From Chiloscyllium plagiosum (lineage: Eukaryota), in assembly GCF_004010195.1 (NCBI RefSeq), contig NC_057718.1, positions 45,057,907 through 45,121,906 of the forward strand: DNA of 64,000 bases. Reading direction: 5' to 3'. Of this stretch, positions 13,495 through 25,479 are shown one piece after another; the stretch's first letter is position 1, and every line of letters starts with the position of its first letter. The position numbers and the translations under genes were made by a program. A model generated the notes under the pieces. That model worked only from the letters and a program-made list of their open reading frames with translations, made no database searches and had not been told where the DNA came from.

Positions 13495-13830
13495 TGGGAC
13501 TCCAACCCAGATTTTAGCTGTGGGACTCTAACTCAGATTCACCCCTGGACTCCAACCCAGATTTTAGCTGTGGGACTCTAACTCAGATTCATCCCTGGAC
13601 TCTAACCCAGATTTTAGCTGTGGGACTCTAACTCAAATTCACCCCTGGACTATAACCCAGATTTTAGCTGTGGGAATCTAATTCAGATTCACCCCTGGAC
13701 TATAACCCAGATTTAACCATGGGACTCTAACCCCGGTTTTACTATGGGGACTCTAACCCAGATTTAACTATCTAGGTCTGGGGACTCTAGCCCCAGAGTT
13801 ACTCTGGGGTCTCTAACCCAGGTTTAACCC
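13495..13830. repeat. Minisatellite: 50 bp dimeric unit (26+24 bp) x ~4, then degenerate ~25-mers
   Basis: tccaacccag recurs at 13501 and 13551; unit ggactccaacccagattttagctgtgggactctaactcagattcacccct. Confidence 0.95.
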
Positions 13831-14082
13831 TTTTCAAAACCCTTTTAGAAACCCTTTCAAAACCCAGCTTCATGCAAAGTGACTCCTTGGTGTGCAAGTG
13901 TGCAAGTTACCTCAAAGATTCCATTACTACCACGTTCCAGCAGATGAGGGGTCGACCGAGTGTTAAGTTTAGAGAGAGGGAGACATTAATGTGAAGCTTA
14001 TCTTGTGGGCCCATCCATTTCATGCAACCAACACTCAGATAGACACTTATTCAGTCCACCTGGAAGCTTCATGTATGTTGGA

Positions 14083-14100
14083 ATCCCACTGCTGCCACCA
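14083..14100 (-). promoter_or_regulatory. Primer-binding site, tRNA-Leu type
   Basis: + strand atcccactgctgccacca matches a tRNA-Leu 3' end (atcccaccgctgccacca) with one transition; it directly abuts the LTR. Confidence 0.8.
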
Positions 14101-16247
14101 TATGGCTCTTTTCCCCAAGGTTTCACACACTAGATGCAATTTGCACACACCAACTTCTGCAAACAGTTAAAGTTTATTAAAGCTTGTACAAGCTAGGTGA
14201 CCTCCTTTGACCCAACCTCGCAGGCATGCGAGATTGAGTCAAAGTGAGGCCCTAAATAAAGAAAACACATCCCATTATACAGGTCAGTTGGCCATACCTA
14301 CAGATGCTCTGGCCACTGCCACAGTCACATGCCACTTACGACAACCTCCAGTTACTCACAGTCACATGTTGCCCCAGGTACAATGCAGGATGAGATGATC
14401 ATCCTCAGAAATAATGCAAATGCTATTGCCCTAATCATGGGGAATCATTGTGCAGATGATTTCCTGACTCAGTGATTCCCCAAGACAATGCAGGTGCAAC
14501 ATACCTCTGGCCAGAAAGCATTTCTGGATGGAAGAGATTGAATTATAGTTTAACTTGACAATAGTAGAGGAGTAATAGCAAATAGCTGTCTAAATGAAGT
14601 GTAAATTACAATGGATGGTCATCCACATTCTTTCATGATTGTCGTGTCCACCCAAAGACAGTGCAGTTTAACCCTTTAATATTGTATTAATGTCCAGAGA
14701 GAGATTCCCATTTAATCTTTTAACATTACATGACCTCAGAGAAATCTCCTTTGAACTGACCAAATTCTTTTAATCTCTGGGTTTCCTTAGACAAAGTCGG
14801 TCCTTGATTATTCTGATCCACAAGCAAGATAATGGCCTTCAACATTTGCATTCCTTTTTGTAAACCAGCACAGTAACAAACTTCTGTTAATAGTCTCGGA
14901 GTCTCTTGCAATCTGACATATATTGGATGAGATAACTGCTCCCGAAAGTGTTTTTTAAATCTCTGAAAATTAACCATACCATATGATACAATTTTTAAAT
15001 CTAAACTCTAACATATATCTTTATATAAATCAGTCACCCTTCATCAGAAGGTTACATCAGTATATAACAGGAAAGCAGCAGGGCCAAGGGAGGTAATTGC
15101 CTGCCACTGTCTTAACTGCTTCCTGCCCAGTTTCTGCCATGTGGAAGAGTTAAAATCAGGCCCATTACATCACAAACTGTATACTCTGGTGTTTTGCTAC
15201 ACAGATACCTGAAATGCCCTGAGGGAATCATCTTAGTCAAGCGGGCATAATTTCTGATGAAGGATTTCAGACAGATGCTTACATTTAATATGGATTTCCT
15301 CCAAATATAACAGATGGACAATAACTTTCATGATAAAATCTACTAAACCTTAAATTGTAGCAGATGGGTAATGTTCAAAAGTACTCAAGCAAGTCTAAAC
15401 ACTTAAGGTATCTGATATGGAATGCTTGAATTGACTTTATTTGGTAAAATTATAATGATTTTCACTAACCATTCATTTTGGCTGAAATTAAAATCCTGAA
15501 ACATGCTCTTACTGCTTAAACATTCTTGTAATTATTGTTAGGTTATGTTATCTACTTGTCTAATTATTGTTCTGCATTGTCTAATTCTAGCTATCAGTAG
15601 AAATGTTCTTATAATAAGGTTCTCATTACAACTTAAAAGGGAATCACTTTCATGAAAAAGTATTTACCGCAGTCTTAAAATGCAAAGTTAAACCAATTCT
15701 AACAAAGTCAACACATTAATTTTATCGGATTCCATCCCCCCTAAACCAAATGGTTTGCAAACATTGCTTCATGAATATAATGTCCCTTTAATGATATGTT
15801 CTGCATTTACTTGCTGAACAGAAGTACGTGGTATGTAAAATTTCAGATCCATTGTTCCAACTTGCAATTATGTTTGTTGGGTAAAATTGGTTGTGCAATT
15901 TGCAGTATTTTCTCACATAGACAATCATATTTTGCAAGGTGCAAGCTTTATTCATTTTGCTGAATATGCACAATAAATAATTAACAAACTACAACATTTT
16001 GATCTGTGATGAATTCTGCTCTAATATGTAAGTGATATGTATTTTTTTTCGGCAGGCTATAGTACAATGAACAAAATGGATAAAAGGACATTGATTATCT
16101 CCAGGCATATTGTAAATGTGCATAGGGAAAAATCACATCTTAAATATAGTGTTCCAGAGTTAAAATGAGTAAACAACGTATATTCCATACATTTTAGTGT
16201 TTGCCATAGAATATCACAATGAATCAAACGATTCCATGAACATGATA

Positions 16248-16385
16248 TTTGAAGAAAAGTCACATTGGACTTGAAGTGTTAACTCTTTTTCTCTCCTTGT
16301 GGATGTTGCCAGACCTGTTGAGTTTCTTCAGCATTTTCTGTGTTTGTTTCAGATTTCCAACATCTGCAGTATTTTACTTTTATTA
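16248..16385 (+). repeat. Old Penelope-type terminal repeat (second family)
   Basis: ttgaagaaaagtcacattggacttgaagtgttaactc...cagatttccaacatctgcagt; shares the tttccagcatctgca tail with the younger family. Confidence 0.65.
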
Positions 16386-16419
16386 TATTGAATTTGTCTT
16401 GCAGAACTCATTTGAGTTT

Positions 16420-16560
16420 TAGGAGAAAGTGGGGACTGCAGATGTTGGAGAGTCAGAGTGGAAAAGTGTAGCACTGATAAAGTACAGCAGGTCAGGCAAC
16501 TTCCGAAAAGCAGAAGAGTTGACATTTCGGGTAAAGGCCCTTCATTAGGAATGTGGGGGT
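16420..16560 (-). mobile_element. Single Penelope-like terminal repeat with decayed hammerhead motif
   Basis: aggagaaagtggggactgcagatgttggag...gacatttcgggtaaaggcccttcattagg. Confidence 0.8.
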
Positions 16561-19500
16561 GGTAAAATCCACTCAATCCCAGGAACCGTAGTATTGCTGT
16601 TTTGCTTTTGCATTCCATGAGGCCACCTGTCCATGTCCAATGACATGTCCCATGAAGGTGGCTTGCGCTTTGGAAAATTCACTTTTAGCGAAGTTTATCA
16701 CCAAGTCTGCCTCCCAAAGTCGATCAAGCGATTCTGATAAATGTTACAAATGTTCTTTCCATGTATGACTAAAAAAATCACAGGTCATCAATATCTATGA
16801 CACAGTTGAGTAATCTGGCAATTACCTTATTGGTTAGTCTCTGAAATGTAGCTGGCGCATTTTTCATACCAAACGGCAGTCCATTTGGCATTACGAAGAT
16901 GTGTTGTTGTCTTCGCTCTTTCAGAAAAAGGTACCTGCCAGTTCCCTCTGAGCAAATCCAACTTATAAATATAAGTTGCTTGTCCTACCTTTTCAACACA
17001 GTCTTCCAAACGCAGAATCGGATATGCGTCAGACTTTGTAACTGCATTGATTTTGCGATAGTTCACACATAGTATTAGGTGCCATCTGGTTTGGGAGCAA
17101 TTACTATGGGTGAGCTCTAGTTGCCGTAACTCACTTTGACTATGTTGTCTTGAAGCATGCATTCAATCTCCATCTGAACCTGTGCCAACTTTATAAGGTT
17201 ATGCCTATAAAAGCATCTCCTATATGTACATCATGCATAATTAGGTTAGTATTCTCAGCTTATTTCCAGGTATCTCCCCACGTGATCGTAGTAACTCTTT
17301 AAGGACATGTTGATTTTCCTCTGGAAGGTAACTCTAATTTATCCCAATTTTTGACAACTTCCTCATTGTCCATCTTAATTTGTGGAATGTCCAATTCAGA
17401 ATCCTCTGAACTTGGTCCTTCCCTCTGTGTTGTAACCAATAATACAGACTCCTTTGGCTTTCCTTCCCTGTCAAAATACCTATTGAGCATATTCACATGA
17501 CACACTCTGTGAGATTTCTTTCTGTCTGAAGTCCTTATCAAATAGTTCACCTCACTAATTTCCTTTCAACTTGATAAGGTCCACTAAACCTTACTTTTAA
17601 AGGTTCATCTATCACTGGAAGTAACACTAACATCTTATCTACGATAGCAAAATTGCCTATTTTTGATTTCTTGTGTGCTTCCTGTTTCATTGTATGCTGT
17701 GGTACTTTTAAATGCTATCTAGCCAACTCACCTATTCGATTTAATCATTCCCAAAAATTTGACACATAGTCCAAATATGTGGTCTCTGAATTCTGACTTG
17801 CCAATTTGTCCTTAATCAATTTTAGTGGTCCTCTCACTTCATGCACAAAAAACTAATTCAAATGGACTGAATTTGGTTGATTAATTTGCTGTATCCAAAT
17901 GAATTCCCTTATCACAATCATCTGGATAATCTTGCCCTCAACAGGATCATTAATGTCTACTGCCACCTTTCAAACACTCCCTGCAATTCTGGATGGTATG
18001 CAGTAGATTTGAATTGATTTATTCCTGAGCTGTCCATAACTTTCTTGAATAATTTTGATGTAAAGTTTGACCATTGATCTGATTGTAGCTCTGTGGATAG
18101 TCCATATCTAATGAAAAATTTGAGTAATTCCACTACAATCTTTTTCACTGTGATATTGCATAACAGATTGCCTCTTGAAATCGACTGGACACATCCATTA
18201 TTGTTAACAAATATTGATTTCCACTTTTTATTTTAGGCAGTGGTCCTATGCAATTAATTAAGACTCTTGTAAAAGGTTCCTCAAATGCAGGAATAGGTAT
18301 TAAAAATGTGTTTTTTATTACTGCCTATGGTTTTACAATTACCTGACATGTATAACATGTCTGGCAAAATTTAACTGCATCCTTGTGCATTCCAGGCCAG
18401 TAAAAATGTTTTTGTATTTTAGTTTGAGTTTTTCTCACCCCTAAATGATCCCCTATTGGTAGTTCATGTACCACTCGTAACGCCTCCTTCCTATAATCCA
18501 CTGGCAATACGACTTGATGAATTTTTGACCATTTCTCATCTGCCTGAATATGTGATGGTCTCCATTTCCTCGTTAAGATATCATTTTTAAGATAGTAGCA
18601 TTCAGGGATAACATTCAGATTTTTTCTGTGTATGCCTTTTAAAACAATTGCTTTAAATTTTCTTCTTTCTGCTGTAACTCAGTTAATTTATCTGAGCTAA
18701 AGGTGTCAGCTGTGTCATCTTTCTGTTCCTGATTCGTCTCAACCATCTGATCAAACAGGATCTCTGCTAATTCCACTTCAACTTTCTTATCTGTACTCTT
18801 TGATGTCTCCTGTTTCAACTGGTGACTTTGTGACCCTGTTACCATACAGTTGGGAAAAATCCCAAGATATGTGTCTTGCAATATTTCAGCTTCCTGAGTT
18901 TTCATTGGTTTTCAACCACAGTAGGCAGTACTTCTATCTGTGAACCAGCTATATTGTTAGCAAGAACAAATTGTATTCCTGAAGCTGAGAGTTTGTCCAG
19001 TACTCCTACCACTACTTCTTCATCCTTCACTCAACATTCTAACCTCACTCTACACAATTGAGTGCTTCTTGTCTTACCATGAATTCTCGTTACTAGTACC
19101 TTTTCTAACAATAGCCCTTCATAGATACATATCTCCTTATCTTTAAACTTCAAAGATTGAGAAGATCCTGTATCTCTTAATATTGTAACCTCTTTAACTA
19201 CAGCTCCTGGCCTATGCGAGTAAACTTTACCTTCACAGGTATATGGTTTAAGATGATATGGCACTTCCTCCTTAACTAACCTTTGACCAGCTTGTACATT
19301 CTGGTGCAGCTTTCTAGCCTCCACTGCAGCTCTCCACTTCCACTCCAACAAAATTCAATGGCATATCCTGTTTTCCTACATCTGGCTTCCCACTGCTTTT
19401 CCTAGCCCACCAATACTGCAATTTCATGTGGCCTACTTTATTGCAGTGAAAGCACCAGAGCTTTTTAACTTCACATTCTCCTTCAAGGGTTTCCTTTTTA

Positions 19501-19933
19501 CCCTGTGGTAAGTTATCCCTATGATCTTCACCGAGATCTACCTTTCCCTTTCCACATGAGAATCTCTCTTTTCCCCAATTTCTATCCTTCATGGATTGAA
19601 ATTGATTTTGGAAGCCAAACTTTGATTTATGGACCAACTCATAATCATCAGCCATTTCAGCTACTAATCTTACCGTTTTAACTCTCTGCTCTTCCACATG
19701 AATTCCCACTACTTCAGGAAGTGAATTTTTGAGCTCTTCCAAAATAATTGTCTCTCTAAGGGTGTCATGGGTTTGCTTTACTTTTAATGCCCTTATCCAC
19801 TAATCAAAATTGCTTTGTTTGATCCTTTCAAACTCAATGTAGGTTTGACCAAGATACCTCCTTAGATTCCTAAAATGTTGACTGTAGGCTTATGACACAA
19901 GTTCACATGCACTTAAGATGGCTTTCTTCATCT

Positions 19934-19987
19934 TAGGGGCGGCACGGTGGCACAATGGTTAGCACTGCTGCCTCACAGCGCCAGAGA
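19934..19987 (+). mobile_element. HE1 SINE 5' head only, between 89 bp direct repeats
   Basis: ggggcggcacggtggcacaatggttagcactgctgcctcacagcgccagaga flanked by 19845-19933 and 19988-20076. Confidence 0.9.
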
Positions 19988-20843
19988 TTGACCAAGATAC
20001 CTCCTTAGATTCCTAAAATGTTGACTGTAGGCTTATGACACAAGTTCACATGCACTTAAGATGGCTTCCTTCATCTCCTCAAACGCTCCAGATACCTCTT
20101 CTGATAGTGATGCAAATACCTCACAAGCTTTACCTACACAAAACCCACATGGTCACTGGCCACTGCATTTGTTTAAGCCACCTTTCAAATGAGATGAAAA
20201 AGGCTTCCACATCCTTCTCATCAAATTTAGGCAATTTAAAGAGATCCTCACCAGGCCTTTGGCTACATTGAGTTTGCTCACCCTCACTCTCTTCCTCCCT
20301 AAGCTTACCTTCAGCTTTCTTCTCCATCCTTTTAAGATGACTTGCCTGTCTAAGTGCCAACTTCTGAAATTCAAACTCCCTCTCTATTTTCCTTTCCTCT
20401 CTTTTCTCTCTCTTTTCTCTCTCTTTCCTCTGCTTTTAATCATAATTCAAACCATTTCATTCCTGTTGCTCTTTCCTTGTCTTTTGCCTCTAACAAGCTG
20501 TTCAATTTTCAATTGAATTTTAATCATCTCCAAAGATTCTGATGGCATTTCCAGCAAATTTAAATGCTGAGCTATTGCTGTAATTATCTCACTTTTTCTC
20601 ACGGAAGGAGGCAGCTCCAACTCCAGATTGTCTACTAATTCCAGCAGTTTGGCCTTATTCCCCTTTTCTAAGGCCCCCAAAGTCACTTCTCCCAACCCTA
20701 GAAAACTCTTGGTGACTGAAAGAGCCATTGCTATCCCAAGCACTGTTTAAACCAATTGAATTCGACACCCGGAACAAAACACCTATCGATTGCTGACTTC
20801 AAGTCCAGCAACCCTAACCCCAAATCGGAACTATAGAACAAAA

Positions 20844-20860
20844 CCCGCAAAGAGCCCCCA
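20844..20860 (-). promoter_or_regulatory. Degenerate tRNA-Pro-type primer-binding site
   Basis: TGGGGGCTCTTTGCGGG 3 nt after the LTR end; resembles TGGGGGCTCGTCCGGGAT. Confidence 0.7.
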
Positions 20861-21491
20861 ATCTGTTATGGACTTCAAAACATTTCAAGAATTTAGCCCG
20901 GACCTTAACTTTGCAAGTTGTTTTAATTTGGTGTAAAGTGGATATTCCAGGAGGGATGCAGCTGGTCTAACCACTTAGGTTTAAACAAAACTGACTTTAT
21001 TTGCAAGATCACCGAATCAACCACAAACAAAAGAGAACAGAGTATAGAATAACAACTAATCCAAAAACCCAACCGACTATCCCAACTTAATGATGCTGTT
21101 CCAAATTCCTGCAACAATCCCCATAAACACCCTTTGGCACAAACGTTAAAATCAAACACAGGGTCTTACAGGAGAGATGTCAAAGAAAGCGAGAGATGGC
21201 AGAGAGATTCAGCATGGAACAACTTCTTCCATGTAGCTGCTGCTTCTACTAGCATCCTCAAAACTGACTGGCTGCTTGCTCTGAACAACCAGACTACTAA
21301 AAAAATTCCAAACCAAAATAGAGATAAACTGAACTGGGAGAACTGGCCACTTCCCTTTCACTATACAAGTGTTTATTTTTTAAAACTTACAAGCTTCTTC
21401 AAGTAGATCAAGCCTGACATTTTGGAACCTGTGTCACTTTTGAAAGAAACCAAGGACAACATAACCTTGTTAAAGGAGCAGCATCATCACA

Positions 21492-22225
21492 AGATGAAAC
21501 ATGAGTGTAAGCTAGCTCGAAATATAAAAGAAGATCGGAAGAGATTTTTATATATCTAAGAGGTAAGAGAAAGGCAAGGGTAAACATTGGACAACTGAAA
21601 AATGAAGCAGGAGAAGAGGTAATAAGGTGCAATGAAATGGTGGATGAATTGAGTAGGTACTTTGCATCAGTTTTCACAGTAGAAGACATCAACAGCGTAC
21701 CAGAACTTCAAGGGAGTCAGGGGGCAGAGGTGAGTGTAGTGGCAATTGCTAAGGAGGAGGTGCTAGGGAAGCTGGAAGATCTTAAGGTGGATAAATCACC
21801 CAGACAGAATGGATGCACCCCACAGTTCTGAAGAGATGATTTAGGAGATTGTGGAGTCATTAGCGATGATCTTTCAGGAATTATTGGAGTCAGGGAGGGC
21901 CCTACAGGACTGGAAAGTGGCTAATGTAATGTTCCTGTATAAGAAGAAAGGGAGGCAGAAGACAGAAAACTACAAGCCAACTAGGCCTTGGTGGTTGGAG
22001 GCAACAAGCAAGTCAGATGAAGGAGAGGCAGTGGATGTTACCTATTTGGATTTCCGGAAGCCCTTTAAAAGGTGTGGAAATGGAGCTGCTAAATAGTCTG
22101 CGGGCCTGTGGTATTACAGGAAAGGTACTGACATGGATGGAGGATTGGCCTATGGTATTAGGGGAAACATACTGGCATGGATAGAGGATAGATCTCCTGA
22201 GAGAGTAGAGATAATGGGATCTTTT
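21492..22225 (+). mobile_element. CR1 LINE internal ORF2 fragment
   Basis: ELSRYFASVFTVED, LKVDKSP, DWKVANV..KKGRQKTENYKP, VDVTYLDFRK. Confidence 0.88.
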
Positions 22226-22475
22226 TTAGAACCATAGAACCTCTATAGTTTGGAAGGATGCCATTCTGCCCAATGAGGCCATGCCGATCCTCTGAAGAGC
22301 ATCACATTCAGACCCACCCATTCCTGTAACCTTGCATTTCCCATGGCTAGTCCACTTAGCCTGCACATCCCTGAACACTTTGTGTAATTTAGCAATGCCA
22401 ATACACATAATCTGCGCATCTGTGGACTGGAACATCCAGAGGAAACCCACGTTGACACAGGGAGAATGTACCTAT
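22226..22475 (-). mobile_element. HE1-type SINE, diverged and lacking its head
   Basis: aatttagcaatgccaat...ggaacatccagaggaaacccacgttgacacagggagaatgt. Confidence 0.75.
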
Positions 22476-22969
22476 GCTACACGTCCATTAGTCTGTTGAA
22501 GCACCAGAGTCCCAGGGGAAAGCATTCTTCGCCTGATACATTGGCTCACTGATTTCATCTGTTAAATTCACAATGTTTACTTATGCAAGATTGAGGTTTC
22601 AAGTGCTTGCGGTTTCTGCTACTGATATTTTAAAGGAGCTGGATGATTAACACTTTTATTGGCTTGTAGTAAAAGAAGTGTTATTCCAGAAAGTGAAAAG
22701 TAACAAATTAATGACTCTGGTGGATGCGTTACTGGCAGCAGTTACTAACTCTCTGGTGGCATTGGTGAGCAATTTACAGCTTTCAGCCTCTGTTGGCTAG
22801 CTGTTCTTGGAAAGAGAATTTCAATGGCCTTGATCTCAGGCAAGGTTTACTGCTGTTTAGTCAAGTGCCTGATGGACACTTAATTCAGTGCATCTTCCCA
22901 AAGTCAGGCAACATGGATTGTTGCTGCCTCTCCACTCAGCTGCCAGGATCCCCATCACTGACATAACAT

Positions 22970-23460
22970 TTTGCCCTTTATGTGCAGAAATGTTCCCCAA
23001 TTTCATTTCTGAAAGATCTGCCTCTTTATTTTAGACTCTGCTGCATTGTCTTTGGCTCCCCAACTATCAAAAACAGATTTGTCCAATTTGATCTCCACTT
23101 TAAAACTTGAAAATTTCAATGAAATAACTGAAATTTCCTAAATTCTCAAGAGTACAACTCTATATTCACATAATTTTTGTTTGTGATATAGTAATTTGAT
23201 GTTTGAAGTACAAATATCATTTTGGTAGATAGGGCTGCACTCTTTTCAAGATCAGTGTATCTTTCGGAAAGTATGGTGCCCAGAATTGCTCATATTAATC
23301 CGGATCTGCTCAAACTAGGGCTCTTTTGCAGCTGAAACAGGGCTTGTACATCTTTGGATTCTAGTGCTCTCAACTTATAGGCTAGCACTTCATGATGTTT
23401 TGTACCAGTTCAGAATAGTTTAGTATTCAATGTATCTGGGTCCCTAATGTTTTTAAGGAC
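22970..23460 (-). mobile_element. Old CR1 fragment
   Basis: gtatggtgcccagaattgctcatattaatcc...ggctagcact matches the minus-strand YxQFWxP region, heavily diverged. Confidence 0.55.
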
Positions 23461-24065
23461 CTCCGTTGTATCAAGTATTTCATAGTTGTGAAGAGGTCTA
23501 TGAGGAACGCCACCTTGCTCAATCTGATCTCGGTCCAGGGAGTTGGCCATGGTCAGTCAGGCACTTGATTTGATTAGGGTCCAGGAATCCCTGTTCTTCT
23601 AGCCTGGGGATTGGGCTACAGTCAGTCCTGCACATCAAGTTGGACAAGCTGGGAAGAATAGGTCAGTCAATTGGGGAGCTGTAGAGATATTAGTCAGGGG
23701 TTTGATCTTTTGTTGCCTGTCAGTCTTAGGGATGGATCATGATCAGTGCTGGAAGTTTGGGCAGTAGAAATCAAGGGGCTTATCAGGATCATTCCAGGCT
23801 GAGCTGGGGGAAGTGGGAAACTAAAGTGTGGTTTTGGAGCCATTACATGAGGATTAGAGGGAGTAATGACTGTGAAGGAGGCAACTCCAAACATAAGAGT
23901 GGGATCTTTTACAGCTTAGGAGGGCATGGCATTTTTGCAAATCACTCCATCCTGGTTTCAGTGGTGGGAGCAATATATTCTAAATGTGAGTATGACTACT
24001 TAGTAGGCCAGGGACTGTGGGGGGGAAAGTGCAGATATTGATAGCTAAATCAATAGATAAATCAT

Positions 24066-24200
24066 TCAGAAGAAGGGTCACTGGACATGAAATGTTAACT
24101 GCTCTCTCTCCATATAGATGCTGCCAGACCTTCTGAGTTTTCCCAGCAATTTATGTTTTTGATTCTGATTTCCAGCATCTGCAATTCTTTATTTTTTATT
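24066..24200 (+). repeat. Old Penelope-type terminal repeat (second family) with decayed hammerhead motif
   Basis: cagaagaagggtcactggacatgaaatgttaac...ctgatttccagcatctgca. Confidence 0.7.
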
Positions 24201-24391
24201 TGTTTAGTTAAATCAAAAGGTTAGATTGGAACATGGGGAACCTCAAACCTGGTTGGGTTGACTGGGACAGCTATACAAAAGAGTGTGTGGACAGTGGAGG
24301 TTGAGTCTTGACTTTCAGACAGAATGTATAATTCACTCTGAGACTCATGAACTGGATACCATTCCATCTTCCACCAAATCTTAACTGCAAT

Positions 24392-24706
24392 ATGGTGGCA
24401 TAGTGGCTCCGTGGTTAGCACTGCTGCCTCACAGTGTCAGGGACCACGGTTCAATTCCACCCTCAGGTGACTATCTTTGTGGAGTTTGCACATTCTCCAT
24501 GTCTGAGTGGGTTTTCTCCCATGGTCCAAAGATGTGCAAGTTAGGTGAATTAGTTGTGCCAAATTAGCCTGCAGTGTGCGTAAATTAGGTATGTTAGCCA
24601 TGGGAAATATAGGATAGGAGGATGGACCATATTGGGATGATCTTCAGAGACTCAGTGTGGACTTGTTGGGCCAAATGGCCTGTTTGCACACTGTAAGGAT
24701 TCTATA
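24392..24706 (+). mobile_element. HE1-type SINE
   Basis: gtggctccgtggttagcactgctgcctcacag...ggttcaattcc...ggcctgtttgcacactgtaagg. Confidence 0.88.
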
Positions 24707-25479
24707 CAGAACTGAGGAAAAAACATGGTTATCACCATACTCATGGTGGGTGATGTAAATTTGTTTTGATTTGTGTGCAGGGTCAGTGTGCACATGTGGG
24801 TGATTAAAGAAATTTTAAGGACATTTATATTAGTTAAGCATCAATAGACTCAATAATAACATACATATGGCATCAAATCACCCTGCTTGTGCAGTTCATG
24901 GATTGACTAGCCATACATGTTATAAACCTTGGTCACAAACAGTCAAGGCAATGCTACCGATTATGGCAAATCATTCCAATTAATCTTTATGAAGCAAAAG
25001 TAATCACACCTGACATAAAAAGTGTCAACTATACTTGTCAGTTCTCCAACATAGTCCAAACATCCCACAGCTGCACTGCTTTCTTCTTACAATGAACTCA
25101 AAGCGTTTTTTAATAATATGGACCCTTATATTCAATGTTGTATTTCATGGCTGATGTCAGGGTGAGGAGGGGCGATTTGCAAACTAGTACTACCACAGTA
25201 TTCCATTGTATTTGCACATCAGAGCTTTTGATATATCCATCTGTATAAGATATAATACCTCAGGGGTCTATTTAGAGACATTTCATGTCTCTCCTTTTCC
25301 GAGGCCTCTCTGTCCTAATGTATCACAACCCACAGTGCAGCCTCATTTGGTTTGCTGCAACTTCTCAGGAATCACATCACCGATAAAGTGCCAAATTTCA
25401 GATTGTCACAGTCAGAGAATGATAGTGCAGACAAATTGAGGCAATGGAAAGGTGTCATTAGGCCCAGGACCAACAGGTA

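Larger units (their letters stand above)
9709..14730 (-). mobile_element. ERV-like LTR element with two ~620 bp LTRs, internally deleted
   Basis: Direct repeats 9709-10329 and 14101-14725; PBS TGGTGGCAGCAGTGGGAT on minus at 14083-14100; purine tract aaaagagaggaa on minus at ~10335-10346; env-TM-like peptide at ~10370-10485. Confidence 0.85.
16561..21491 (-). mobile_element. Gmr1-like Gypsy LTR retrotransposon (5' LTR-gag-PR-INT-RT), decayed and 3'-truncated
   Basis: LTR 20864-21491 (TGTGAT...CATAACA); gag with FKLPKFDEKDVEAFFISFE, EELKNSLP..ADDY and CFHCNKVGH; protease LRDTGSSQS (19031-19351); integrase H..H..CQTCYTC and SDQWSNFTS/YHPELQG (18507-17957); RT VNYRKINAVTKSDAYP (17162-16827). Confidence 0.92.

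Noticed and set aside
13495..13830. CRISPR-like repeat array
   Set aside because: The units are contiguous tandem repeats without unique spacers, there are no cas genes, and the context is vertebrate
15010..16120. Further plus-strand exon candidates (AG/GT pairs near 15050-15092 and 16056-16111)
   Set aside because: Short, with no recognisable peptide or phase-consistent chain; such signals are expected by chance in AT-rich DNA
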